DNA of 35,735 nucleotides from Dehalococcoidia bacterium (GCA_035650635.1 DASRHH010000074.1:1-35735), one strand, 5' to 3'; counted from the first letter of the stretch, positions 1-9,552 are shown. A program made the numbers and translations. The notes: a model not told the origin generated them from the sequence alone.

Positions 1-814
1 CTGCTCTTGTTGGCCCATAGGTCAGCGAAAGCTCCCTGTTGCCGATTTCAGACATCAGACGTGCCAACTGGATAATGGTCGTGCCGCGGCCAGTAGAGAC
101 GTTCCACATCAGATTGCCCGGCCAATCGATGGCAAGCAACACGGCAGCCGCCAGGTCTCGCACATGAACGAAATCACGGCTTTGCAGGCCGTCGCCGTTG
201 ATGCGCACACTGCGGCCTTCGCGCAGCTGTTGAGCGAAGATCGCTACCACGCCGCCCTCAATGTCGGAGCGCTGGCGGGGACCGTAGACGTTGGACGGAC
301 GCAGTATGGCGTGCGATGGCGATTTTGCGCGGAGCAGCTGTTCGGCGGCGTACTTGTGCAGGCCATAGTAGCTCGCCGGCGCGGGTAGCGTATCCTCGGT
401 CACGGGATAAGCTGTGTTGCCGTAGATGGCCCCGCCGGACGAGATGAAAACAAAGCGCCCGGAGCCCTGTCTCTCCGACGCCTCCAGCAGTCTCAGTGTG
501 CCCCTGACGTTGATCTCCCAGTCCAGACCCGGGTCCGTCATGGAGTGGCCAACGTTAGTCTGGGCGGCGCAGTGGACAACCGCATCGTAGGGGCCACCCC
601 TGAATGCTGCATCCACGTCGGAATCGGACCTGATGTCGCCCAGCTGCAGGCAGGCCTCTGGCGGCAGGTTGGCGGGGTCGCCGCTGCTCAGGTTATCGAG
701 CACGTCGACTCGCCAGCCTGCCGCCAGCAGCGCAGCGACAGTGTGCGAGCCGATGAAGCCGGCGCCGCCGGTCACCAGCGCTCTCCGCTGAGCCGGCCGG
801 TCAGGAGCTGCCAT
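1..814 (-). CDS. NAD-dependent epimerase/dehydratase (GalE-like extended SDR); C-terminus runs off the left edge
   Basis: Absent from the ORF track because there is no in-window stop. Manual translation from ATG at 814 gives MAAPDRPAQRRALVTGGAGFIGSHTVAALLAAGWRVDVLDNLSSG..., with a GxxGxxG Rossmann motif and later YGLHK (YxxxK). Its start overlaps the stop of the upstream deacetylase gene. Confidence 0.8.
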   Translation of the reverse strand, partial: MAAPDRPAQRRALVTGGAGFIGSHTVAALLAAGWRVDVLDNLSSGDPANLPPEACLQLGDIRSDSDVDAAFRGGPYDAVVHCAAQTNVGHSMTDPGLDWEINVRGTLRLLEASERQGSGRFVFISSGGAIYGNTAYPVTEDTLPAPASYYGLHKYAAEQLLRAKSPSHAILRPSNVYGPRQRSDIEGGVVAIFAQQLREGRSVRINGDGLQSRDFVHVRDLAAAVLLAIDWPGNLMWNVSTGRGTTIIQLARLMSEIGNRELSLTYGPTRA

Positions 815-1562
815 TAGCATTCTCCTCCAGGCCGGGGCAGGTATCGAGATAGGGGCGGATCGATAGCAGCTCGTCCAGGCGGACGAACTGGTAGCCCTCG
901 GCGCGAAGTCCCTCGATGATGCCCGGCAGCGCATTCAGCGTGTTCGAGCGGTCCACGCCCTGCTGGGTATCCTCGCCGTCGTGCAACAGGATGATCGATC
1001 CCGGCCGGACCGACCCAACAACCCGCCGCACTATCGTCTCGGATGAAGGCCGCTTCCAGTCCTCGGGGATCACATCCCAGCCGACGGTCTTCATACCTGC
1101 GGACGAAACTGCATGCAACTGCCAGGGCGTGTGGAAGCCGTTGGGCGGCCGGTAGATGGCCGGGCAGACGCCGGCGGCCCGAGCGATGCTTTTTTCAGCC
1201 TTTCCCAACTCGGCGTAGTTCCATTGGAAGATCGCGTAGCGCTTCTGGTGGTGATAGGAGTGGTTGCCAACCAGGTGGCCACGTTCGACCAGGGACTTGA
1301 CGACCTCTGGATGGACATCGGCGTTTTGTCCGACGATGAAGAATGTTCCCTGTACTGAGTAGCTTTCCAGGATGTCGGCAATGGACAGCGTCCAGGGATC
1401 GTTGGGGCCGTCGTCAAACGTGATCGCCACCAGTTTCTCCGTTCGCGGGCCGTGCGTAATGATGCTCCCGTAAACCTGGGAGGACGGCGACATGGCCCAG
1501 TAGACCGCCAGGCCAAACAGGCCCAGGACAAGCAACACCGGGATGGCGATCTTCCACCACAT
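801..1562 (-). CDS. Polysaccharide deacetylase (NodB homology / ArnD-like) with N-terminal TM anchor
   Basis: ORF 801..1679. Motifs VAITFDDGPND, GNHSYHH and YRPPNG are typical of the NodB fold. I place the start at MWWKIAIPVLLV (ATG at 1562), 5 nt after the upstream MFS stop. Confidence 0.85.
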   Translation of the reverse strand: MWWKIAIPVLLVLGLFGLAVYWAMSPSSQVYGSIITHGPRTEKLVAITFDDGPNDPWTLSIADILESYSVQGTFFIVGQNADVHPEVVKSLVERGHLVGNHSYHHQKRYAIFQWNYAELGKAEKSIARAAGVCPAIYRPPNGFHTPWQLHAVSSAGMKTVGWDVIPEDWKRPSSETIVRRVVGSVRPGSIILLHDGEDTQQGVDRSNTLNALPGIIEGLRAEGYQFVRLDELLSIRPYLDTCPGLEENANGSS

Positions 1563-1566
1563 GCCT

Positions 1567-2838
1567 TCAAGAGGGCTGCTCTGGCACCAGGGCCGGCGCC
1601 CGGCGGGCCCTGGCGATAAACGCCGCGGCTGCCATAGCAGCCAGGCCTGAGGGAACAGCTCCCAGGAACAGGCAGCCAAGAACCGCTACCGCCACGTGTA
1701 CGCTGGCCGCGGAGGCGACGAATCCAGCCGCCGCCGGGCCCGCCGCGTGGCCGAGACTTTCGAATGTCAGGAACCAGGCCAGCACGCTTGCCGGCGCTTG
1801 GGCGGGGGCAAGATCCAGTGCCGCTGCAGTCAACGAAGGCACCGCCAGACCAAGGCCCACGGCTGCCACAACCGCCAGGACGGCAGCAACCGCCAAACCA
1901 TCGCTGGCGGCCAGGCCGCAAACAGCCATGCCGGCGCAGCTGAGGCCCAGCAGGAGCATCGGCTCGCGCCCAAGACGGTCTGATAGGGCACCGCCAGCCA
2001 CGAGTGCCGGGGGGAGGCAACACGCCGCCGGCGCTAGCAGCAGCACCTCTTCTCGCAAGGACAGTCCTAGGACGTCGCGGCCAAACGGCCGGTATATCGC
2101 CATCAGGCCGCTACCGGCGGCATTCTCCATCAGCAAAACGATGGCGAGAAAGAGAAACCTGCCGCTAATCAGCGGCCGGATCAACGATGCCGGGGCTATC
2201 GAGAGACGGCTTTCCCCAAAGGCCATTGCCGGGGCCATTCCGCGCGCACTCTGGGCGGCGCCGGCGACGAAAAGCAGCGTAATCGTGACGGCGACCGCAT
2301 AATGCAGGCCAGCCGGAAGCAGGGTGCCCAGAGCCAGGGCAAGCGCCAGTCCGCCGGCGCTACTCAGCGTCAACGCCGAAGTCAGCTTGGCTCGCTCTCC
2401 CTCAGCGAACTCGGCCCTGGCGAGGGCGGTAATCGCCGGCCAGAGGATGGCCGCGCCAACGCCGTACGTTGCGGCGGCCACGGCCGCCAGGGGCAACCAG
2501 ATCGGTGCTGCCAGGAAGATGCCCTGTGCGCCAATGACCGCCGCGAAGCCGGCGATGAAGCCCGCCCGCAGCCCTACCCTATCGATGAAGTGGCCACCGG
2601 CGGTTTGAGTTAGCAGCTTGGTCCCGCCGTAGCAGGCAAGGGCAAAGCCCGCCAGTCCAGCCCCGCCACCGTACTGCTCCGGCAGGTAGCTCTGCAGCGC
2701 GACGAGGAACGTAAAGCCGAAGGCAGCGTCCAGGCAGAGGGTCATTGCCAGGTAAGGGCGCGTCCGCCGGGAACGGACAAGCGAGAGCCAGGCGCCGATG
2801 AGTCCCAGCGCCTCCCGCGGCCTCAGCTCAGTAGACAT
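1567..2838 (-). CDS. MFS transporter
   Basis: ORF 1567..2895 is Ala/Gly/Leu-rich and polytopic, about 12 TM. The start is probably MSTELRP (ATG at 2838), overlapping the upstream GT stop at 2828. Confidence 0.8.
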   Translation of the reverse strand: MSTELRPREALGLIGAWLSLVRSRRTRPYLAMTLCLDAAFGFTFLVALQSYLPEQYGGGAGLAGFALACYGGTKLLTQTAGGHFIDRVGLRAGFIAGFAAVIGAQGIFLAAPIWLPLAAVAAATYGVGAAILWPAITALARAEFAEGERAKLTSALTLSSAGGLALALALGTLLPAGLHYAVAVTITLLFVAGAAQSARGMAPAMAFGESRLSIAPASLIRPLISGRFLFLAIVLLMENAAGSGLMAIYRPFGRDVLGLSLREEVLLLAPAACCLPPALVAGGALSDRLGREPMLLLGLSCAGMAVCGLAASDGLAVAAVLAVVAAVGLGLAVPSLTAAALDLAPAQAPASVLAWFLTFESLGHAAGPAAAGFVASAASVHVAVAVLGCLFLGAVPSGLAAMAAAAFIARARRAPALVPEQPS

Positions 2839-4891
2839 GACACTCACTGAGCGACTTCGGCTTGCTACGAGCAGCGACGAACGGCCGAATGTCATACGCC
2901 GTGAATTTGCCGGAGGAGGGCCGGTAGATCACAGAGGCCTGGCCGCGCGACACCAGGCCGTCCAGCAAAGGCTGCTCGTTCAGGTGATAGCGCCCATAGG
3001 CTTTCTCGACGACGACGTAGTCAACGGACTTAAACGCCAGGAAGCACTGGTACTGAGACTCCACCCAGTTGCGGCGGAAGGTGCTTTCGCTGAAGAATTC
3101 GTTGCCAAGGATGGCCCCGTGGCGCACGAAGCGGTACATGCCATCCTCACGATCGTCCGGCTCCAGTACCCGATAGACAGCGCCAGGCTGGAACTGCGGC
3201 GAGGCAAAAAACGAAGCGTAGATGTTGCTGCTATTCATGATCGCGCCCGGGTAGCTGCCCTCCGCGAAGCCAAAGGGAATAGTGGCAAGTGATACGCCGG
3301 CTGCCAGCACCACCCCGAAAGTCAGCAGCGCCGGTCGATAGTACTTGAGGATCAGCGGCGCGAAGAGCGCGAAGACAAGCGGCGCCAGGATGACCGACTC
3401 CCGCCGTAACAGCGAATCGAAGATGGAGATGACGATGGTGATCACCGTGTTCTCATGGACGGACGGTGTAAGCAGTACCATCCAGGCGAACGGCAACAGC
3501 GCTACGCCCACCGGCAAACTCAGCATCACCAGAGGCCGCAACCGCTGCCGGTCCAGAAAGACCAGGTTGAGGCCGTAGAGGATCAGCGCCAGCCCGCCGA
3601 CGATCCAGTGCGAGCTGATGGCCAGCCAGAGCAGCGCCGCGGCCAGGAGCCGCCGGTCGCGCTCAAAGGCCCAGATGAAAAGGAAGAAGAAGGCGAAGCT
3701 CCACATCGTCGCGAACTGGAACGCATAAATCGCATCGATGAAGAAAGGGTTCATCAGGAAGAGCAGCATGAACCATGGGCTCTTCATCACCGGCCGTGCC
3801 AGGCCGGCGGCCCATACCGTCCCCACTGTCGCAATCGCCATCAAAAGTACGACTCCCCAGTCGCCGACGACCGGGAAGACGGTTGCGCCTAGGAGGTAGG
3901 GCACCAGCGCGTAAGGAAAGGCAATCGCCCGTCCGCTATCGAGGGATGTTATTCGCAGGGGTATCCGGGCGTGGTCGAAGATCTGCTCGCTAATGAACCA
4001 GATGTGGGTGTAGTTGTGCATCGAGTCGTAGGCAAGGAAGATCGGATGAATCAGCAGATCGACCGCGATAAAGGCCACTCCGCCGATAGCCAGCGCCGGC
4101 AGCAGATACAAGAGCCAGCCGCCGATATCGCGCGGGGCCTGCCTCAAGCAGAACACCCGCCAGAAGGCGGCCGGCATCGCAAGCAGATCGATCACGCCGT
4201 CCTTGACCCGCGTGCGCGAACGCTGCACAGGCACGGGGACAAGGACGTCGTTGCTTACTCGATAACCCAGATGAGGCAGCACGACAGCCAGCTCAACGGT
4301 CTCACTGTAGCGGTAGCCGCGGTAGTACTTGATCGCCTCGGCCAGGGCCCCGGCGCGAAAGACGCGGAAGCCAGACTCCACATCCCGGTAACGCATTCCG
4401 GCCCACAGCGTGGCCCAGGCGGACATCACGAAATTTCCGAATCGCTTGAATAATGAGTAGCCGCTGAGATCGCGCCGGGCGATCACGCCGTCCAATCGGT
4501 TGGTCAGCAAGTTATCGATGAGGCGACCGATATCTGTGGGGTCGTGCTGGCCATCGGCATCGACCGTCAGGATGAGATCGTCCGGGCTAAGCCGGCCGGC
4601 CGCTATGTCCTTCTGCAAGCGCTGGAACGCCATATAGTAAGCGGCCGACATGCCACGGTTTTTGGCAAAGCGGATGAGGCGGGTTTCCGGCCGCGAATCG
4701 ACCCACTCCGCTAACAGGTCGCCCGTGCCATCAGTGGAGCCGTCGTCGACAACGAAAATCCGGTCGACGGTCTGCTCCAGCTTCTCCAGGACACCAATGA
4801 TGGTGCCGGCTTCGTTGTAAGCCGGCATGACGGCGACGATGAGCGGGCTCTTTGTGGTGGGGGCGAGCGGCTCAGTGAGCGACTGGCTCAT
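2828..4891 (-). CDS. Family 2 glycosyltransferase (polyprenyl-phosphate sugar transferase-like, ArnC/DPM1-like) fused to a large polytopic membrane domain plus a C-terminal soluble domain
   Basis: N-terminus: PLIVAVMPAYNEAGTIIGVLEKL...IFVVDDGSTDGT...TVDADGQHD, the GT2 signature. This is followed by about 10-12 predicted TM segments and a soluble tail of about 130 aa. The start at MSQSLTEP (4891) forms an ATGA overlap with the epimerase stop. Confidence 0.8.
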   Translation of the reverse strand: MSQSLTEPLAPTTKSPLIVAVMPAYNEAGTIIGVLEKLEQTVDRIFVVDDGSTDGTGDLLAEWVDSRPETRLIRFAKNRGMSAAYYMAFQRLQKDIAAGRLSPDDLILTVDADGQHDPTDIGRLIDNLLTNRLDGVIARRDLSGYSLFKRFGNFVMSAWATLWAGMRYRDVESGFRVFRAGALAEAIKYYRGYRYSETVELAVVLPHLGYRVSNDVLVPVPVQRSRTRVKDGVIDLLAMPAAFWRVFCLRQAPRDIGGWLLYLLPALAIGGVAFIAVDLLIHPIFLAYDSMHNYTHIWFISEQIFDHARIPLRITSLDSGRAIAFPYALVPYLLGATVFPVVGDWGVVLLMAIATVGTVWAAGLARPVMKSPWFMLLFLMNPFFIDAIYAFQFATMWSFAFFFLFIWAFERDRRLLAAALLWLAISSHWIVGGLALILYGLNLVFLDRQRLRPLVMLSLPVGVALLPFAWMVLLTPSVHENTVITIVISIFDSLLRRESVILAPLVFALFAPLILKYYRPALLTFGVVLAAGVSLATIPFGFAEGSYPGAIMNSSNIYASFFASPQFQPGAVYRVLEPDDREDGMYRFVRHGAILGNEFFSESTFRRNWVESQYQCFLAFKSVDYVVVEKAYGRYHLNEQPLLDGLVSRGQASVIYRPSSGKFTAYDIRPFVAARSKPKSLSECHVY

Positions 4892-5832
4892 GCTCGTGGG
4901 GAAGCCAGGCGAGATTCTTTCTCCAGGAGCCAATGCACCGTCTTCGCCACGCCGGTTTCGAAGGGGACTCGTGGTTCCCAGCCCAACTCCAAATGAGCTT
5001 TCTCGCTACTGACATCGCTGCCGGCGTAGTCCCCGCCGCGGCTCGGCATAAACTTGATTATGCTCTCGGATGGCACAAGGCGCAGGATGGCCTGGGCAAT
5101 CCGCAGGATAGTCACCTTCTCAGAGCCGTCCAGGTTGTAGGTCTGGTTCGCCGCGCAGTCCTGCAGCGCCAGGACATGGCCTCGCGCTAGGTCCTCCACG
5201 TAGACGAACTTGCGGTGCTGGCTGCCGTCCCCGGCCACGGTCAGAGGCTCGCCCGCCAGGGCCTTGCCGACGAAGAGCGGGATCACCAGCGAAGGGCGCA
5301 TCCGCGGGCCGTAAGGGATACCGTAGCGCAGAATGGTAAACGGCAACTGGTGCTGGTTCCAGTAGTCGTGGCAGAGCAGCTCGCCGGCGATCTTGGACGA
5401 CGTATAAAGATGGCGGTTGGCGGCGATATCGATCTGGACCGTCTCGTCCACGACCTCGGGCGCGGCGGACCCGAGTGAGGAGTACACCCAGACGGTGCTG
5501 GCGAACAGCACGCGCCGCAGCGAGTTCTCTCGAGCGGCCTCCAGGAGGCAAAGGGTGCCGCGCACGTTGAGATCGATCGCCCGCACGGGATCACGGTTAA
5601 CGTCATTGACGTCGGCGACCGCCGCCAGGTGGAAGACGACATCGAGGCCGGAGGTGGCATCGATCAGCGCCTCCTGGTCCAGCAGGTCCGCCTGATGATG
5701 CTCGACGTCCGGCCTCTGCGGCAGCGCCAGGTCAATGACACGCACGTTGTGGCCGGCCTCGATCAGCGCATCAACGACATGCGAGCCGATGAAGCCAGAG
5801 CCGCCGGTGACGCCGATCCTCATCCTAGGCAC
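4888..5832 (-). CDS. NAD-dependent epimerase/dehydratase (extended SDR; nucleotide-sugar 4-epimerase/decarboxylase-like)
   Basis: IGVTGGSGFIGSHVVDAL Rossmann motif and YTSSK (YxxxK). 314 aa. Overlaps the aminotransferase stop by 8 nt. Confidence 0.85.
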   Translation of the reverse strand: MPRMRIGVTGGSGFIGSHVVDALIEAGHNVRVIDLALPQRPDVEHHQADLLDQEALIDATSGLDVVFHLAAVADVNDVNRDPVRAIDLNVRGTLCLLEAARENSLRRVLFASTVWVYSSLGSAAPEVVDETVQIDIAANRHLYTSSKIAGELLCHDYWNQHQLPFTILRYGIPYGPRMRPSLVIPLFVGKALAGEPLTVAGDGSQHRKFVYVEDLARGHVLALQDCAANQTYNLDGSEKVTILRIAQAILRLVPSESIIKFMPSRGGDYAGSDVSSEKAHLELGWEPRVPFETGVAKTVHWLLEKESRLASPRA

Positions 5833-6961
5833 GCTCCTTTTGCAGCTGCAGCCGCTCCAGGCTAGCAGCCAGCGACTCCACCACGTACTCCGCGTCGGCT
5901 TCCCTCATTACCGCGGAGATCGGCAGGCAGATGTGGCGAGCGCAGAGGTCGTCAGCCTGGGGTAGATGGCATTCGCCGTCCGCAAAGACGGGCTGCCGGT
6001 GACAGGGCGTCTCATAGACCTCGCCGCTCAGGCCGATGTCGAACTCCTCGCGCAGCATTCGCTTCAGCGGTGCCCGCTCGACTCCGTCCAGGAGCGCGAT
6101 GTACTTGTAGTAGTTCGATTCCGATTGCGTGGCCGGCTGCACCGGGACTATCGCGGGGGCCAGCCCGGCCAGCTGCCGGTCGTAGACCTGGGCGATGGCC
6201 TGGCGGTGCTCCGCAAACTCCCGCAGGCGCCGGAATTGTGCCAGCCCGATGACAGCGTGCGGCTCGCTGAGCCGCCAGTTGTACCCCATGCGGACATGGA
6301 AATTGGTGCTGAACCCTTCCTTCCCCTGGTCGCGATAGATGCGGGCTTCTCTGTCGATGGACTCATCGTTGGTGACAATGACCCCGCCCTCGCCGCTGGT
6401 TATCACCTTGGTCGGGTAGAAGGAGAAGGCGGCCGCCACGCCGAAGCTGCCGGCGGGCCGGCCGGCAAGCCGGCTACCGTGGGCATGAGCTGCGTCCTCG
6501 ATCAGCGGCACGCCTGCACGCTGGCAAATCTGTTGGATCTCCGGCAGACGGGGTGAGATGAGACCGCCGATGTGGACGACCATGACTGCGGCTGTCCGCG
6601 GGCTAATCAGGCCGGCCAGGCCACCCGGGTCCAGCGCGAAGGACTGGGGCTCGCAATCGGCGAAGACCGGGGTGCCGCCGGCGTGCACCACGGCGCCCGC
6701 GCTGGCGTAGAAGGTGTTCGTCGGCACGATCACTTCCCGGCCGGCGACACCGATCGCCCGGAGGATGATCTCCAGGGCGCTGGTGCCGCTGTTGACGGCG
6801 ATGGCGTGGCGCGCTTCGCAAGCCTCCGCAAAGGCGGCCTCCAGGGCCGCGCCATGCCGTCCCAGAGTCAACTGCCCGCTGCGCAAACACTCGTCGATCT
6901 GCGCCATGATCCAGGCTCGGTCTTCGTCCGGAAAGTGGATGGCCGCCGGGGGCACTTTCAT
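5825..6961 (-). CDS. DegT/DnrJ/EryC1/StrS-family PLP-dependent sugar aminotransferase (ArnB-like)
   Basis: 378 aa. Family-typical blocks: AVNSGTSALE, IEDAAHAHGS, SFYPTKVITSGEGG (PLP lysine region). Confidence 0.9.
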   Translation of the reverse strand: MKVPPAAIHFPDEDRAWIMAQIDECLRSGQLTLGRHGAALEAAFAEACEARHAIAVNSGTSALEIILRAIGVAGREVIVPTNTFYASAGAVVHAGGTPVFADCEPQSFALDPGGLAGLISPRTAAVMVVHIGGLISPRLPEIQQICQRAGVPLIEDAAHAHGSRLAGRPAGSFGVAAAFSFYPTKVITSGEGGVIVTNDESIDREARIYRDQGKEGFSTNFHVRMGYNWRLSEPHAVIGLAQFRRLREFAEHRQAIAQVYDRQLAGLAPAIVPVQPATQSESNYYKYIALLDGVERAPLKRMLREEFDIGLSGEVYETPCHRQPVFADGECHLPQADDLCARHICLPISAVMREADAEYVVESLAASLERLQLQKERA

Positions 6962-7039
6962 GGTCTCCTCCTACCCCTAACCTAAGCGGCGAGTTCGAAG
7001 AGTGCATGAAGCGCAGCAAAAGTTTAGATGAAGAATCGA

Positions 7040-8431
7040 TTAAGCCGAGGCATCGGTCTTCAGCGCCAGAGGCAGGGTTACCGTAAAGACGGAGCCCATG
7101 CCTTCCTGGCTGCTGGCTTGGACGCTGCCTTTATGCGCCTCGGCAATATACTTGACGATCGTCAGGCCAAGGCCGTTGCCATCGCTCCTCAGGTTACGGG
7201 CTTCGTCCGTCCGGTAGAAACGCTCGAACACGTGATGCAGCGACTGCTGAGGTATGCCGATCCCGTGGTCCTCCACCTGCAGGCAAGCCGATCCGTTTTG
7301 ATGCTGCAGCTTCAGGAGGATATCGCCTCCTTGCGGAGTGTACGCTGAGGCGTTTTCCAGCAGGTTCCAGAGCATCTGTGTCAGCCGTTCCTTATCGCCG
7401 ACTACCGTCAGTCCGGGCTCCAGCTGCCGACCGATGACGTGCGCGCCATCACGCCCGGCAAAGCGCGACGCCGCCTCTTCGCAGAGGTCGCTGTAGTTGA
7501 CGACACTCTGGCTGAAGGACTGTGCTTCCTCACGCGAGATCAGCAGCAGGTCTGAGAGAAGGCGGCTCATGGAGGTTGCGGCGGCCGACATTTCCTCAAG
7601 GCAGGCCTCCCGCTCTTCCGCCGGCAGATTGGGGTCGTTCAGGAGATCCAGGTCAGTTCGCAAGAGTGTAAGCGGCCTGCGCAACTCGTGCGACGAGTCC
7701 GCCAGGAAGGCGCGCTGACTGAGCAATGTCTGCTCGACGCGTTCGATCATGGAGTTGAAGGTGGAGACCAGTTCTCGCATTTCGGCGCCGCTCGGCAAGC
7801 CGGGCAGCCGCCGGCTGAAGTCAGCCGTCGCCTGGATGTTCCGTGCGAGCTTGGAGACATCGCGGATCGGTCGCAGCGCACGGCTGGAGAGAGCGTAGGC
7901 CGAGCCACTGGTCAACACAAGCACCGCCAGACCAACGAATATGAGCACGTTTCGCAACTCGCTCATGGCCTCGTCGGTCTCTTTCAGAGACTGGCCAACT
8001 TCAAGAGCCGCCACCGTCTGGCCATCCCTGACAACTGGGTGGTAGAGAAAGCGGAACTTCTGGCCGCTGACCTTGGAATCGAAATACGTGGCCTGTTCGG
8101 GAGCGCTGGCTTCCGGTGCCGGAAACACCCGATTGGGCAGCTGAGCGAATGGAAAGAGTACCGACCCGTCCGGAGCCAATATCTCGTAGAGAACATTCGG
8201 CGGCACCTGGCTCTCCAGTTGCGTCCGGTCCTGCCGGATTGTTGCCTGCGTCAGGGGCACCCCGAAGTCGCCCAGGGAACCGTCGATGGTGTCAGCACGG
8301 GCCTGCAAGCTGTCATTGATGCCACCACCAACGCGCTCTCCCGCTACGACATATGCCACCAGCGAGAAAACCGCGAGGGTTATGGCCACCAGTACAATGT
8401 AGAGCAGCGTTAGGCGGGCTCTCAGAGACAC
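7040..8431 (-). CDS. Sensor histidine kinase (two TM, periplasmic loop, HAMP, HisKA, HATPase_c)
   Basis: H-box SSHELRRPLT, N-box LLENASAYTP, G-boxes DHGIGIP and GLGLTIV. 463 aa. Confidence 0.9.
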   Translation of the reverse strand: MSLRARLTLLYIVLVAITLAVFSLVAYVVAGERVGGGINDSLQARADTIDGSLGDFGVPLTQATIRQDRTQLESQVPPNVLYEILAPDGSVLFPFAQLPNRVFPAPEASAPEQATYFDSKVSGQKFRFLYHPVVRDGQTVAALEVGQSLKETDEAMSELRNVLIFVGLAVLVLTSGSAYALSSRALRPIRDVSKLARNIQATADFSRRLPGLPSGAEMRELVSTFNSMIERVEQTLLSQRAFLADSSHELRRPLTLLRTDLDLLNDPNLPAEEREACLEEMSAAATSMSRLLSDLLLISREEAQSFSQSVVNYSDLCEEAASRFAGRDGAHVIGRQLEPGLTVVGDKERLTQMLWNLLENASAYTPQGGDILLKLQHQNGSACLQVEDHGIGIPQQSLHHVFERFYRTDEARNLRSDGNGLGLTIVKYIAEAHKGSVQASSQEGMGSVFTVTLPLALKTDASA

Positions 8432-8434
8432 GAT

Positions 8435-9145
8435 CTACCTCAGGATATAACCGGCGCCCCTGATGGTGTGGATCAGCCTCCCGCGGCCCGTCGCCTCAAG
8501 CTTTAGCCTGAGGTTCGCGATGTGCACGTCAACGACGTTGGACTCCACGGTTGAGCTTTCGCCCCAGATCGCCTGCAATAGGTGATCCCGCGTGAGCACG
8601 GTGTTGGGAGACAAAAGGAAGTGCTCTAGTACGCGGAACTCTCTGGCCGTCAGGACTATGTTCTCTTCGCCACGTTTGACCGTCCAGTTCTTGCGGTCCA
8701 GTGTCAGGTCAGCGAACTTCAATTCGTCAAGGCTCTCAGCGCTGCTGCTGCCGCGCCGCAGGAGCGCCTCAATCCTGGCGAGCAACTCTTCGAACGCGAA
8801 GGGCTTTACGAGATAGTCGTCGGCTCCGGCCTTCAGCCCAGCGACGCGATCAGATACGGCATCTCGAGAGGTTAGCATCAGGATTGGAGTGTTGTGCCGC
8901 TCACGGATGAGGTGGCAGAGCGAAATACCGTCCATCTGCGGAAGCATCACGTCAAGGATGATCACGTCGGGTGCCTGCTCGTCCAGGTAATCCAGGGCCT
9001 CCGAGGCATCGTGGGCCAGCCGCGAAGCGAAGCCATACAGGCCAAGCCCACGCCCCAGGGCTTTGAGCAACGCTGGGTCGTCATCCACGACGAGAACTTC
9101 CCGTGGATGTAGCCCGGCGGCAGCAGACCTGCGTATGGAGTTCAT
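8435..9145 (-). CDS. OmpR/PhoB-family response regulator
   Basis: Receiver motifs VLVVDDD, DVIILDVMLP and YLVKPF. C-terminal winged helix ends in IHTIRGAGYIL. There are 3 nt between its stop and the kinase start. Confidence 0.9.
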   Translation of the reverse strand: MNSIRRSAAAGLHPREVLVVDDDPALLKALGRGLGLYGFASRLAHDASEALDYLDEQAPDVIILDVMLPQMDGISLCHLIRERHNTPILMLTSRDAVSDRVAGLKAGADDYLVKPFAFEELLARIEALLRRGSSSAESLDELKFADLTLDRKNWTVKRGEENIVLTAREFRVLEHFLLSPNTVLTRDHLLQAIWGESSTVESNVVDVHIANLRLKLEATGRGRLIHTIRGAGYILR

Positions 9146-9444
9146 TTGGGATAGTTCCTCGCCGACCGAACAATGTCATAGGACTCCGCCCATAGTCAAA
9201 TGTCTTGACATCCTCCCCAAGAAATCCGGTGAGAACCCCTGCAAAACATGAGTCGACAGCTCGATTTCAGTCGGCCCGATTTTTAACATTGCGGTTACAT
9301 TGATTAACCCGAAGTGGCTCGATTGACCGCTTGTAAAAGCTCTGTAAAACTGACCGACCGACCAAGGGGCTTGCGGTCCTGGAATTTCGCCTCCGGCCTA
9401 AACGGATGAGTTTCGACCCCCAGGGTTGAGCCTCAACCAGTTGA

Positions 9445-9465
9445 GGCAAACTATGAATCAGCCTT
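9445..9465 (+). repeat. Copy 1 of a 21-nt direct repeat (GGCAAACTATGAATCAGCCTT); contains the mini-ORF ATG AAT CAG CCT TAA (9453..9467)
   Basis: Identical at 20 of 21 positions to 9532..9552, which contains the real ABC ATPase start codon. Confidence 0.7.
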
Positions 9466-9531
9466 AATGTTGCAACGCGTTTGCCTTGCTAGACTTCATT
9501 GCATTACGAGCCGACTCGCATCTGACACACT

Positions 9532-9552
9532 GGCAAACTATGGATCAGCCTT
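9532..9552 (+). repeat. Copy 2 of the 21-nt direct repeat (GGCAAACTATGGATCAGCCTT), spanning the ABC ATPase start codon
   Basis: See copy 1. The ATG at 9540 opens MDQPSPIELRNL. Confidence 0.7.

Noticed and set aside
1091-2023. Long antisense or off-frame ORFs throughout the track. Examples: 1091..2023, 5120..5551, 7688..8413, 11481..12200, 13491..14324, 16949..17677, 20295..20936, 28427..29017, 29147..29761, 31580..32569.
   Set aside because: They overlap well-supported genes on the other strand or in another frame. They are Arg/Pro/Gly/Ala-rich with no motifs, which is typical of shadow ORFs in GC-rich DNA.
9267-9449. 60-aa minus-strand ORF in the ABC leader region.
   Set aside because: No SD and odd composition. 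It lies in a region better explained as regulatory leader.
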